Shown piece by piece: positions 11,232 to 24,283 of a DNA stretch of 59,328 nt; positions within the stretch are counted from its first letter, which is position 1; the number at the start of each line of letters is the position of its first letter. The stretch lies in the NCBI GenBank assembly GCA_046563655.1, contig CM102288.1:6510001-6569328 (forward strand). The letters run 5' to 3'. The position numbers were made by a program, and so were the translations under genes. The stretch comes from Yuukianura sp. NJ FZ-2021. Its lineage: Eukaryota. Under the pieces are notes generated by a model. It did no database searches and was not told the DNA's origin. It saw only the letters and a list, made by a program, of their open reading frames with translations.

Positions 11232-12812
11232 TCACTTGGCTGCTGGAACGACCCCATTCAACTGGAACTCGGGATGCTTCTCCAGGCTAAAAACAAGAAT
11301 CAATTAGTAATTAGGATCTTGATTACTAATTACTTTTGGAGTACCCGGGAAGGCCAATGACCCAGTCGAATCCCCACGTTCCATCTTCCGCCTCTGTGTC
11401 CAGACCGTCTAAGGCCGCCATGTCATCTACATCCAGGGTAAAGTCAAAGATCTATCCAAAGAAAAGACTCCAATCATCCTATTGTAGGTAATGTGTTACT
11501 ATCACAAGTAAACGTTTAATTTACGTTTGTGTTCTCTTTGATTCTAGCAGGAGTGACACTCTTCGGAATGACGATGATGCTCTGTTGCGTCAGGAATCGC
11601 AAAAGAACCTGTGCAGGGGTCTTCCCATGTTTCTTCCCAATCCCAGTCACAACTTCCGACTCCAGCAGTTTCGGTACATTCACTTTCCTGGAAAACAGTC
11701 ACCATGCCACGATGTCGCCATGTATGAACAGATTAAGTTAACTTACAAATGAGCGTTGTTGGGCCGACTCTTCTCATAGTAAGGCTTTCGTCCAGGACTT
11801 CCGAGTGGAGCGTAGGCTGTGATGCTGATTCCATGTTCGGCACAAAAAGACCGAATTTCCTTCCGCGGGTAAGCAGCATTCAGTTCAATCTAAACTTGCA
11901 TTATCAACAATACTGTCATGTTTAGGTGACCATTACTTATTAATTAATAAATTATATAAATTATCAATAGATTATGTTAATTATTATTAAATTGTATTAT
12001 TTTAATAGTGACGAATCAGAATGAAGATCGTGACCTGGTGAGTGGCTGGAGGGATTCGACAGGATTTGACAATACGCTTGACCTGAGTGAGGCTGAAGTT
12101 GGAGATGCCTACAGCCCTTGCCTTGCCCATGGCCACTTGCTCCTCCATGGCTGTCCAGACATCTTCCAGCGGAGTGTCCAGTTCCAGTGCTACTTCTCCA
12201 CTCTCTTCGTATCTTACGTCGATCCCGTTCTCTGCTGTCTGGACTCCAGCAGGGTTGTGGATGAGGTACAAGTCCACATACTCCATCTCCAGCTTAGAAA
12301 GAGACATCTTCAGGAACTTGGCAACTCGATCAGGGTGCACTCCCTGATTCGGCAGCTGAAACCACAAGGAAAGAGTAAAAGTCACAAGCAAAGTGTCAAG
12401 ATTAAGGTCATTCGTTTAATCTGGGTGAGAGTACTGGATTATTTACTGATTACACGATTAATTGCTAATTAGATGATTGATTAACTATAATTTACTTTAC
12501 CTTAGTGACGATGAAAAGGTCCTCCCTGTTGCCTTTTCCGCTGGCGATCCATTTGGAGAAGACTTGGCCCAGAATCTGTTCGTTGCCGTAGCTGTAGGCC
12601 GTGTCAAAGTGACGATAGCCCTCGTCCAGAGCACATTCCAACGCACGCGTCAACTCTTGCGGATTCCGACACTTGAAACAAAATATCAATTAGCACTAAG
12701 TTATTAAATGAATTAGTAATTGACCAATCAGAATCCAGCGTACCTGCCAAGTGCCGAACCCCAGTATCGGCATCTTCACTCCCTCAGCAACTTCCACCGT
12801 GGAATTCATCAT
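11232..12812 (-). CDS. Aldo-keto reductase (AKR1-like), about 7 exons
   Basis: KMPILGFGTWQ, GYRHFDTAYSYGNE, REDLFIVTKL, YVDLYLIHNP, ARAVGISNF, ITAYAPLGSP, IIVIPKSVTPARI; catalytic D/Y/K/H present. Confidence 0.93.
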
Positions 12813-13142
12813 CTTCACAACTTCCAACTTCTGACAGTTTAATTGTGGGTCCAAGTTGAAACTGGCTTCTGCAAGGGACAAAGGGGCCCTTTTATGCCCT
12901 TCGCATCTCTCATCTTCTGCCAAACGAGGTCAAGGGCTCCATCTAACCCACACTTGTCCTTCACCTTCAACGGAAAAGTACACAAAACTAACCTTGGAAC
13001 GAGGAACAAAGGGTCCCCTTCCTCTCTTTTTTTCATAAAAATTCCACAGCTCATTTCAAGTAAGAAGTAAAACTCATTTGAACAAAAATTAAAATGTTTT
13101 TAACCGTTGTCAAATGTGCTGAGTTTATTGTTTGTGTTAATT

Positions 13143-14223
13143 TTAGACGATGTCCTCGAAGAATTCCGCGAGTTGGGAGAATGCTTCGGCAAACGTGGGT
13201 AGAGCCGTGACGACTGCTTTGAATCCTTCCGCCGTGCCGTTGACGACTGCTTTGAATCCCTCTGCCGTTCCGTTGACGACATCAGTGACGGAGATGTTTC
13301 TGGTGGCTTCTTTGGCCAAGTTGATGACAGGGATCAAGTGGAGTTTGGACCAGAAGGCAATTCCAGGCACGTCCACGTTCTTGAGGTCGATCCAGTCCTC
13401 TGGATATTCCGCTGTCGTCTGATTTTCTCCAGAAACAGTAGAAGTGGCTTCTTGTCTCGGTGGAATGTGTGTGGGCGTTAGGTAGTAGACTTCATCTTCA
13501 GGAGACGCTGGAAACAGAGGCAGCGACAGCGGTGGCTTTGGAGACGCTGATTCTGGAGTCTGGAACACCGGAAATTAGTTAAATTAGTGATAAGTTAACT
13601 TTATGTTAGCTAATTTACTTGTGGAGGTGTGGCCTGAGTCGTAGTTGGGGGATTTGGGGTGGGCCCTTCGTCTTCATCTTCTTCTGCCGTCTGTTTCGGC
13701 AGTTCATCTTCATGGAGGACTGTGTTTGCATAGTTGGGGTTGTGTCCAGGAATTCTGTAGTTCACTTTCTTCTTTCCTTGTTTCCGTGTCAAGTTGAGGT
13801 GTCCAGTTGACATGGTCAAGGGGACACCTTCTTGTCCTGTCCACTGGTCACCTTCCTTGGGAGTTGCTGGCCACAGAGGGAACAGTTGGAATCTTGTGAG
13901 TCGCTGGAGGGCTGCTGTGAGGTTGAATTTGATTGGACTCGTCCCGTTTGGCCCACTCCGCAGAATCGAACTCAGAACTCCTGCCAACTACAACCAAATT
14001 TTAAAAAACTTGCACTTTTTTTTTCAGAAATTTAAGAAAAATGGAAAGTAAGATTTTGGAAATGGTGGGATACCGTTCCGATGAGGCGTCCATTGGTGGC
14101 TGGAGTGGTGGCCTCTTCTTCCCCCTCGTCCTGTCTCGTGGTGGGGCTAGTAAAGCCCAAGTGAATTTTGGACATGCTAATCACCACAGCCACCACCACC
14201 ATTCCCACCGGAACACATCGCAT
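13143..14223 (-). CDS. Orphan secreted, P/T/E-rich protein, 3 exons
   Basis: Signal-like MRCVPVGMVVVAVVISMS; three GC-richer exons joined by phase-0 GT-AG introns; C-terminal 11-aa repeat VVNGTAEGFKA x2; no recognisable domain. Confidence 0.6.
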
Positions 14224-14611
14224 TTTTAGCTCCACCAAAAGTTCACACAAAAAGTTAATCAAAAGATACTTTTTAAACACTCTGCACAAAGAGACGCGCT
14301 GTACTCTGTGCTGTTTCTTAGGATTCCTCCATTTGCATAACACGAAGCCATATTCTGAGGGCATCGAACTCAATTCTCAATTAATTACTTAATTAATTAG
14401 TCAATTCAATTAATTAAGTCAGAATGAATAAATGTGGTGGATGGTTTTCCTCTATTTCTGTCGCATAATTTTACCATAAGTATAAGCATAAATGTGTTTC
14501 CAGTGTGACGTGTCACTTGGATCCACCAATGAGGGGACTTCGGGGTGGGTCTAGTGGCGGAAGATGATTGGTGGGTCTGGTGGCTCCTCCTCCAAGTCCA
14601 TTCGGCCCCAC

Positions 14612-16600
14612 CTATTTGCTGGAAAAAGAACATAAAAGTATAATAGACTTTAGACTGGTGTTGTTAAATTGTGGAAGTACTGACTGTGGACAAGATTGCT
14701 GGACATAATCTAGGCAGAACCCGCGGTTCTTCTCGTCAGGAGCTCGGTGGTCCGTCAGCTCAAAATCGTTGAAGTGCACACGAATGTTGAAGGGACGGCT
14801 GAAACCTACAAAAACAGACATTTTAACACTCAAGTTAAAAGTTAAAACTTAGCAGTTAAAAGTGAAAAGTAGACTAACTGTAGACTGGTGCGTGAGACAT
14901 GGATCCTGAGAGACTGGAGAAAGCCCCACCGCAGATTCTGTCGATGCAGGATGATCCGTCTGTCTGCGTCTCCCTTCCAGTGTCCGTCGCACAAGGAATT
15001 CCAATCCAGTCAGACGGACACTGCTCTGCTCCAGACAAAGTGCGAGAGGGTGCAACAGTAGTACTGGACATACCCATTCCAGTCACATTTGGCAGCGCTG
15101 GAAGCGATCCTCCACCCATCATTCCTCCAGAACCAGAAGAGGTCGAAGATACCATAAAAGTCTCTGAAAAAACAGTAGGAAACTATTAGAAAACAATGCA
15201 TTTCACTTTAACTTTTGACTTTGATTTTTAACCTAGATTTTCACTTTGACTTTTGACCTAGATTTTGACTTTGACTTAGATTTTGCCCTACTCAAATTTT
15301 GACTAATTTTTGACTTGGATTTTGACTTTGCCTTTAGATACCTTTGGGTTCGGCGGTGTCCCTGCAGGGTACATAGACGATTCCGCAGAAGCCCTCTTCT
15401 GCTCGCATGCAGATGGAGTACTCCTGCGCAGACAGTTGACTGCCGTACTCCATTGCATCTGAGTTGACGCGTCCTGGGTCACCGTAGTTGAAACTCTTGA
15501 CTCTGCCCGACATGCCAGTCAAGTACTGGAGACAACTGTCAGGAGCACGGTACTGGGCATTGCACGGAATCTGAGAAATCTTGATCTTCCACTTCCGGGC
15601 AAACGACTCGCCCGAAGTCACGATGTTGATCTTGATGTTACCAGAACTTAATTTCCCAGAGTCAATGTACACTGAAACAAACCAAATCCAAATTATACTA
15701 TAAGCTCAATTTACAACTAAAAGCAATACAATATTATCTAATTAAAAATATAATATTATAAATAAAATGTTTATAAAATACTGACTGTGCTGCCCCCCGT
15801 TTTCTCCGCAGATCGGTGGAACCGGTCTTCCTCCAGCCACTACAAAGACGTCAGACTCACAAATGTGGTCAACAGGCTCTGGCTGACTCAACGTAAACTC
15901 CTCAAAGTCCAGTCTAATTCAGACCAACATCAATTTATATAAATTAATTAGTTAATATAGATTAATATAAATGAATGAATGAATTTCTGACCTGTACTGA
16001 CAGATGTTGGGATCCACTTTTTGGACGGTGAGAGGACACTCGATGCTGCCGTCGTAAGTGCCCGGATAGTCTGGATTCACAAAGTAAGTCACGTTCTGCG
16101 TCGTCTCAGCATTGCAGCTCTTCTGAACTAAAATTCAAAACAGTTTCTATTATTTCATAATTGATTAAAATGTTAATAATTTCTTAGACAGAAGTTGAAC
16201 TTACAGACGCAGCAGACTCCGAATCCGGAAGCACATGCGCCAGAACCAACTCCGCCCAGTTGGAGGCATTGACCACGAGGGTAGCATGTCCCGTTAGCCC
16301 CGTTCTCACCCACACAAGGAGCATTCTGCAGTCGGATCATCATCAGCATCGAAATCACTAAAACACAAAACAAACATTTAGCACAACTTCAAAGGAACTC
16401 CTTCAATTGACCTTGATTTCCCTGGACTTACGCTTGGCTTCTCGTTCTTCTGAAGTTTCAGTGACTTGGGGAACCGGCTGGAGGTCGGACGCCGAATGCT
16501 GGAGCTGGGCGACATCTGAACTGCTTCTGGAAGCGGGGGTTGCTGTGCTCTGACACACCAGAACCATGACCCCTGTGACCAAAAGGCCTTGGACACCCAT
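14612..16600 (-). CDS. Secreted arthropod-type CUB-domain protein, about 7 exons
   Basis: Signal peptide; CVGENGANGTCYPRGQCLQLGGVGSGACASGFGVCCV; NVTYFVNPDYP; CQYRLDFEEF; RKWKIKISQIPC; CLQYLTGMSGRVKSFNY; NRGFCLDYVQQSC. Confidence 0.88.
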
Positions 16601-17219
16601 TTTAAGAAATTTGTCTGAATTTACTGCCGATTCGTCAGTCCCATTCTATGTCACGTCTTCACTTGGCGGAACGTGATTTGAGACTCGTGATGTACTCATC
16701 AATTGAATGACTTTATAAACAAAGTCCTATCTGGCAATCCATGTCAGGAAAAAGACATCAATTACTCCCTATTGTCAACTGCCCTACAAACCAATGATCA
16801 ATCAACTGACACTCAAAAGTCACAAGGAAGTGGGCCATCCCACTCCACCTCAAATCACTTCTCTGAATACTGCCAAATTGCCCGGGCAGCCTCACCATCC
16901 TAAAGGTGAACTAAGGTGAGAGTTTAGTGGGTCAAATCATGTTCTGAGATGATCTCTGGTGATCTCTGAGATGAATCTCCATCAACCCACTTGAGTCAAG
17001 AAGTGCTCTTAAGTCTTAACGGCATTTACTTTTCCATTAGTCATGCTCAGCAGGAGACGGCAGTTGTACAAATGACATCTACAGACACTGAAGTTATACT
17101 CACAACATACTTGACAAGTACACTCAGAAACTGTACTTGTGTAAATTTGTAGAAAGAGGTTTGATTAAAAGTAGTCCTCTATTTATTGAACTGAATCCAA
17201 AGCGTGACATTTACCTTGC

Positions 17220-18606
17220 TCATGACTGTGAAGGGGCATTGAGGAGTCCGTGTTTTCGCATGTACTTCTCCCTCGCCACTTCCACCATGCGTCTCTTCCT
17301 CTCCTGGAAACTGGTCATGCGCTCTGCTGCGTTCTTTGCAAAAGAAGGCTCTGCTATGCTTCTCCTCAGTTCCTTCACTGCCTCATCCACTGACCCTGTC
17401 TTCTCCAGAGCAGCAATCACACTATCAGGAGACAATTGGATTGGATGCAGTTGTTGCTGAACCAAGCGAGCCATGGAAGTCATAGACATGGGCCGAAATG
17501 TCACTTTCTTCCGGTACTCCGCCTTGTCACTACGGCAGAACTTTGTAGAACGAACGTTCAGAGCAGAAGCAATGACGTTTTGAACTCCTACTTTGTCCCA
17601 TCGGCACACAGGCAGGAACCTAAGGAAAACAATAAAAAGTCAACTTTTCATAAAGTATTTGTATCAAAATAAATGTTAAACGTTGGTTTCTAGTTACTTG
17701 ATGCTGTAGTGAGTGTTGATGGAGAGGAGAGTGAAGAACAGCTCCGTAGCAGGACTGCTTTCCAAAGTATTGACGTTGAGAAAGGGGCGAGAGACGGAGA
17801 GGGCAATGGGCTGAACGAGATTTGCGTTTCCTAAGTGCGGGAGGTCGTTGAAGGACAAAAGTCCAGCGTTGCCGTTAGTAGAATCTTCTTCCGGAAAGTA
17901 AATGATGGGAGACGATTCTATGACGTTGGGATTCGTTGTGATTCCGAAGAGGGACTCAAAGTACCATGGAACTGTCGTCTTCTCTCTCTGAAAAACACAA
18001 AATACTTTCACTTTTTAACTAAACTCACAAAACTTTACAGAATACAGAAAGTGTTGGGTCTTACAAAGTGTAGGCCATTCGTGATGGAGTGGATGACAAA
18101 GTGATCTATTGAAGTGACATGGTTGGAGACAAAGGTGTGAGTCCCTTCTTCTGGCACTTCTCCATCCACGGACACGCTCACACCAAGGATTACACCCATC
18201 ACTTCCAGTGCTTTCCTGCCAAACAAATCAACACTATTTTAAATACTTGCAAGTATTTTAGCTGTCTGTCTCTCACCGTTTAAAACTAGACTCCGGAAGA
18301 GCTATTTTGAGAACAAAGAACTGGAGCAGAATGCCCATTCTGATAATCATGACCAACACTCCAATTGGTACATACAAATAGAAAATCCACGAAGGACAGG
18401 AACAACCCTTGCGATCTCCATTGTTCCGCAACCTACATACAATCCAGAAACAATGGTTAATTAAGTTCACACTGCTCTACATTAATTAATTAGTAATTAA
18501 TCAACTAAATAACTCTGTAGGTGACTTACCATTTCAAGTTGAAGAGCTGTTCAATGGTTGGTTCTGTGGAGGACATTGACGTTGAGCAACCGTCGTTAGG
18601 CGACAT
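17220..18606 (-). CDS. AUP1: Ancient ubiquitous protein 1 (lipid-droplet AUP1), 5 exons
   Basis: N-terminal hydrophobic hairpin; acyltransferase-like SNHVTSIDH and FPEEDSTNGNAGLLSF; CUE-like segment; G2BR motif SFQERKRRMVEVAREKY. Confidence 0.9.
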
Positions 18607-19226
18607 GTTTTTTACAGAACAGGAGAATCCCACCAACAGCCAACGGTAAATTAATTAGGCTGTGATTAAAAAGTTAATCCTAATCTAAATTAATCGTTTA
18701 ACACAATTAAACTTCCAAAAGGACTGTGGTTGTCGTCCTCAGCTGTTAAAATAGCAATTTCTAAAATTCCAGCCAGCTGTAAAAAACATTTGCACTGGCA
18801 ACTGTGAAAGGTACACGCACACACTACTCTCACCCAGTTAATAAAAGTATAGTATATGGCCCCACAGATACAAATAAAATATAAAGCACTAATGGTAAAC
18901 TAAAATAATTACAAAACAATTAAAACCTGTTTCTAAGAAATCATTCTAGTTAAAATTAATTAACTTCCAATTGACTGTTCACGACTGACTTAATTTTCTT
19001 GTATTTGTATTTTTAAAAGTGCCCACATGCGAAGGCGGAAAGTGGTGAAGAGAAAGCATCTTGTTGTTGGGCCAAATTATTTTTCTGCAATTTAAAATTA
19101 TGCAATTGCCGCCAATGCTTTCTCGTTCTACGTAAATTAGAATCCCGATTAATTAGCCAACTAATTACAAAATTGATGAAATCAAATTTAATTGTTGAAA
19201 CTTTTCAATTTTGAATTTGTTTTAAT

Positions 19227-19823
19227 TTCAGTATAAACTTTTGGCGCTTGTTGTTTTGAAATTTTGATTAATTTCTAGTCCTGCCAGTAAATGGGTAGGG
19301 CTTCTCAAAACACAAATCGGGGTGAGAGTGATGCCATGCACAATCTGGCGCCAAATTCGTAATTGGCGTCTCTCTAACGCAGCATGCAAAACTACAAAAA
19401 CAAATGGAAATTGCACTACAGTTGGGAGAAATCTAAGGAGGGTTGAGATTATACTCCCATTGCAAAAGTGGCCAATGGCAGTTCATTTTGTGTGATCACC
19501 GCCAAGTTCCGTTTAGGAAGGCGGGATCTTGTTTTTTATCAATTTAACTTTAAGCTGAGCTCTCATTTAGGAACCCGCTACCCTATTATCTGGGAAGTTA
19601 CGGTAACGCTGAGAGTTTTGCAGTTTCAAATTGCCATTTGTTTTTGTAGTTTTGCAAGCTAAGTTTGAGAGACATCACCATTTGAATTCCACATGATAAC
19701 GTTCCAACGGTCAACACAAACCCAAATGGAGAGACGAGTTTTTAGACAAGAAGCAACGTTTAGTAATCCGTTAATTGTTAATTAGTTTAATTCTCATCAC
19801 TTCAACCAAAAGTGTACACTGAA
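19227..19823. repeat. Degenerate long inverted repeat or old MITE
   Basis: Termini ttcagtataaacttttgg vs reverse complement ttcagtgtacacttttgg (16/18); inner arms gcaaaactacaaaaacaaatgg near 19386 and its reverse complement near 19633-19656. Confidence 0.6.
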
Positions 19824-21024
19824 CAGGGCTGTGTTGTGCTACAATGTGAGTTCCAGTTACAGTTCCAGTGTTCATTCGTAATTGGAAAGGTAATTGATTA
19901 CATAACAAGTGGACATGGGTTTTGGTGTTTGAATGGATGTGTAGTGTGCGTATGAATGGTTAATTTTTGTTGTCACTGAGCATAATGTCTTCTTGACTTG
20001 CATGTCGTTTAGGATCTGCACAGTACGGAACCAGTTTACGACGGATTCGGGTTGAACGATTTCGAGTGTCATCGGCTGAGGAGGAAGACAGTGGTCGATG
20101 TTCTCCGAGACTGGTGAGTTGATATCTAGCTAGTATACTGCTGACACGATTCCGTTGCTTGTCCCATCTAGAAATTAACAATTAATTGAAACTAATTTCC
20201 TAGAGTTTCTTTAATTAATCGTGCGTGTTGCCTTAACTAACAAATGTTCTTGTCTTTGCAGTTTACTGGCTGGACAGTATTGACGGTCTCACGCATCACG
20301 ACCTTTCAATTCCAGGAAAGTTTGACCTCAACATCTGGACATCGAAAAGGTAAGCCAAGAATCCTTATTTTTAGTCGCAGGCATCCGGAATCAGCTACCA
20401 ACAATAGGATTTCGGCATCTCTTTTAACATTGTCGGTTTGTCAGCTACCGGAATCGGTAATACCATTAATTATGGATAACCCTAGATTTAGGGATACAAT
20501 CCAAAACTCTCCTACACCACATATGGACCAACTTTATTTAATGTAGCATCCAATTAACAGCTGATGGCAGTACAGCAAATTTGCATAAACGGTTTAATCT
20601 TGCGATAATTTTAAAATAATTTTCAATCGCATTCGAGGATTTCCTGACTACGAACAGCTTAGTATTCTAAATTAAGTGTACTTTTGGAATGCCCATATCC
20701 GTTTTAGGTTATTGTAAAATATCTCAACACGTACACAGGGCCCCAAAAAGAAATAGTTTTTTTATAACTGTCCATAGTCCATATGTGGTGTGAATAGTTT
20801 GCCCGTATGCGTTACCAAATCCCCTGAGTTTTATTTGGTATCTGGTAGGTAATGCTATTTAGTTAAAAAAGTAGAAAATTGAGTTTTTTTATTCATAGAA
20901 ACGAAAAATTTCGCGCGCGCCTACGGCGCGGGAGGTTATACAGCTCTTAAACCAAGTCCTCTTTAGGTTAGGTAGCATCTAAGTAACCTGAAACGGCTAA
21001 AAAGCTGCACTTTTAGATGTTCAG

Positions 21025-21300
21025 ATTTTTATTATTCTCTGTTAAGGTGTATTTTCACATTCAGAGACAAATTTTGTAAAAAGTTTATTATTCTTTGTTA
21101 AGGTGTCAATTCACTTTCAGAGACAAATTTTTTAAAAAGTTTATTATTCTTTGTTAAGGTGTCAATTCACATTCAGAGACAAATTCTTTAAAGAGTTTAT
21201 TATTCTCTGTTAAGGTGTAAATTCACATTCAGAGACAAATTTTTTAAAGAGTTTATTGTTCTCTGCTAAGGTGTAAATTCACATTCAGAGACAAACTTTT
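21025..21300 (+). repeat. About 5 diverged copies of the 56-bp satellite unit
   Basis: ttattattctctgttaaggtgtaaattcacattcagagacaaatttt repeats, related to the array at 22150. Confidence 0.85.
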
Positions 21301-21519
21301 CTTTAGAAAACTTTCTTTAAGCAAATTTTGAACTTTTCAAACGTTGTTTTTCTGAATCTTTAGTGGACATTTAAAAAGTTCTTTTAAACACAACTTTTCT
21401 CTAGAGAAACTTTTTTTTAATTTTGCATTACTTTTCAAACGTTGTTTTTTGAATTTTTAGTGGGGGAGGGGGGTTTAAAAAGTTCTATTTTTCAAATATT
21501 AGATCCTTCTTTCTCACCT

Positions 21520-22130
21520 TCGAATCCTTCGCAATTTCCTATTTTTTTAACCATTAAATTCTTAGTTCTAAGCTTTGAGTCCTTCGAAACTTTGTCTTTT
21601 TAACCACTAAATTCTTAATTCTAAGCTTCGAATCCTTCGCCACTTTCTATCTCTTTAACCATTAAATTCTTAGTTCTAAGCTTCGAATTCTTCGCCACTT
21701 TCTATCTCTTTAACCATTAAATTCTTAGTTCTAAGCTTCGACTCCTTCGCCACTTTCTATCTCTTTAACCATTAAATTCTTAGTTCTTAGCTTTGAATCC
21801 TTCGCAACTTTCTATCTTTTTAACCATTAAATTGTTAGTTCTAAGCTTCGAATCCTTCGCCACTTTCTATCTCTTTAACCATTAAATTCTTAGTTCTAAG
21901 CTTCGACTCCTTCGCCACTTTCTATCTCTTTAACCATTAAATTCTTAGTTCTTAGCTTTGAATCCTTCGCAACTTTCTATCTTTTTAACCATTAAATTGT
22001 TAGTTCTAAGCTTCGAATCCTTCGCCACTTTCTATCTCTTTAACCATTAAATTCTTAGTTCTAAGCTTCGAATCCTTCGCCACTTTCTATCTTTTTAACC
22101 ATTAAATTCTTAGTTCTAAGCTTCGAATCC
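21520..22130 (+). repeat. 55-bp tandem repeat, about 11 copies
   Basis: Unit ctaagcttcgaatccttcgccactttctatctctttaaccattaaattcttagtt. Confidence 0.95.
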
Positions 22131-22149
22131 TTAAAGGTATAAATTTACG

Positions 22150-23955
22150 TTCAGAGAGAAATTTTTTAAAGAATTTATTATTCTCTGTTAAGGCATAAAT
22201 ACGCATTCAGAGAGAAATTTTTTAAAGAATTTATTATTCTCTGTTAAGGCATAAATACGCATTCAGAGAGAAATTTTTTAAAGAATTTATTATTCTCTGT
22301 TAAGGCATAAATACGCATTCAGAGAGAAATTTTTTAAAGAATTTATTATTCTCTGTTAAGGCATAAATACGCATTCAGAGAGAAATTTTTTAAAGAATTT
22401 ATTATTCTCTGTTAAGGCATAAATACGCATTCAGAGAGAAATTTTTTAAAGAATTTATTATTCTCTGTTAAGGCATAAATACGCATTCAGAGAGAAATTT
22501 TTTAAAGAATTTATTATTCTCTGTTAAGGCATAAATACGCATTCAGAGAGAAATTTTTTAAAGAATTTATTATTCTCTGTTAAGGCATAAATACGCATTC
22601 AGAGAGAAATTTTTTAAAGAATTTATTATTCTCTGTTAAGGCATAAATACGCATTCAGAGAGAAATTTTTTAAAGAATTTATTATTCTCTGTTAAGGCAT
22701 AAATACGCATTCAGAGAGAAATTTTTTAAAGAATTTATTATTCTCTGTTAAGGCATAAATACGCATTCAGAGAGAAATTTTTTAAAGAATTTATTATTCT
22801 CTGTTAAGGCATAAATACGCATTCAGAGAGAAATTTTTTAAAGAATTTATTATTCTCTGTTAAGGCATAAATACGCATTCAGAGAGAAATTTTTTAAAGA
22901 ATTTATTATTCTCTGTTAAGGCATAAATACGCATTCAGAGAGAAATTTTTTAAAGAATTTATTATTCTCTGTTAAGGCATAAATACGCATTCAGAGAGAA
23001 ATTTTTTAAAGAATTTATTATTCTCTGTTAAGGCATAAATACGCATTCAGAGAGAAATTTTTTAAAGAATTTATTATTCTCTGTTAAGGCATAAATACGC
23101 ATTCAGAGAGAAATTTTTTAAAGAAGTTATTATTCTCTGTTAAGGCATAAATACGCATTTAGAGAGAAATTTTTTAAAGAATTTATTATTCTCTGTTAAG
23201 GCATAAATACGCATTCAGAGAGAAATTTTTTAAAGAATTTATTATTCTCTGTTAAGGCATAAATACGCATTCAGAGAGAAATTTTTTAAAGAAGTTATTA
23301 TTCTCTGTTAAGGCATAAATACGCATTTAGAGAGAAATTTTTTAAAGAATTTATTATTCTCTGTTAAGGCATAAATACGCATTTAGAGAGAAATTTTTTA
23401 AAGAATTTATTATTCTCTGTTAAGGCATAAATACGCATTCAGAGAGAAATTTTTTAAAGAATTTATTATTCTCTGTTAAGGCATAAATACGCATTCAGAG
23501 AGAAATTTTTTAAAGAATTTATTATTCTCTGTTAAGGCATAAATACGCATTCAGAGAGAAATTTTTTAAAGAATTTATTATTCTCTGTTAAGGCATAAAT
23601 ACGCATTCAGAGAGAAATTTTTTAAAGAATTTATTATTCTCTGTTAAGGCATAAATACGCATTCAGAGAGAAATTTTTTAAAGAATTTATTATTCTCTGT
23701 TAAGGCATAAATACGCATTCAGAGAGAAATTTTTTAAAGAATTTATTATTCTCTGTTAAGGCATAAATACGCATTCAGAGAGAAATTTTTTAAAGAATTT
23801 ATTATTCTCTGTTAAGGCATAAATACGCATTCAGAGAGAAATTTTTTAAAGAATTTATTATTCTCTGTTAAGGCATAAATACGCATTCAGAGAGAAATTT
23901 TTTAAAGAATTTATTATTCTCTGTTAAGGCATAAATACGCATTCAGAGAGAAATT
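22150..23955 (+). repeat. 56-bp satellite, left arm, about 32 copies
   Basis: Unit acgcattcagagagaaattttttaaagaatttattattctctgttaaggcataaat; near-identical copies. Confidence 0.97.
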
Positions 23956-24283
23956 CAATCAATCAATCAATCAATTTGTTTATTTGACATTGGCAATTGC
24001 CCTATCAAGTTACAGTTTAGTTTATATTTAGTGTGAATTGGAATTTAGAACTTAAAATACGGTAAAATTTGTTTAAGTGGGTTTAAAGTTTAAGGTTGGT
24101 TGCACTGTTATTGAATCTAAAGTTAAGCAAGTGAGGCAGGGGGGTTTGCGGTATAGGTGTGAATCGAGTGTTGGAGTTGGTGTTCTGTTCGGATTAATCG
24201 TAGATGAGGGTATTCCAAAGCGTTTTGCGCGGATTCTTGGAGTCGAGTACTGACTGACTGTGGAGCGATGAGGGGGGGGGGGG

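Noticed and set aside
12008..12472. 154-aa + strand ORF
   Set aside because: Antisense shadow of an AKR exon.
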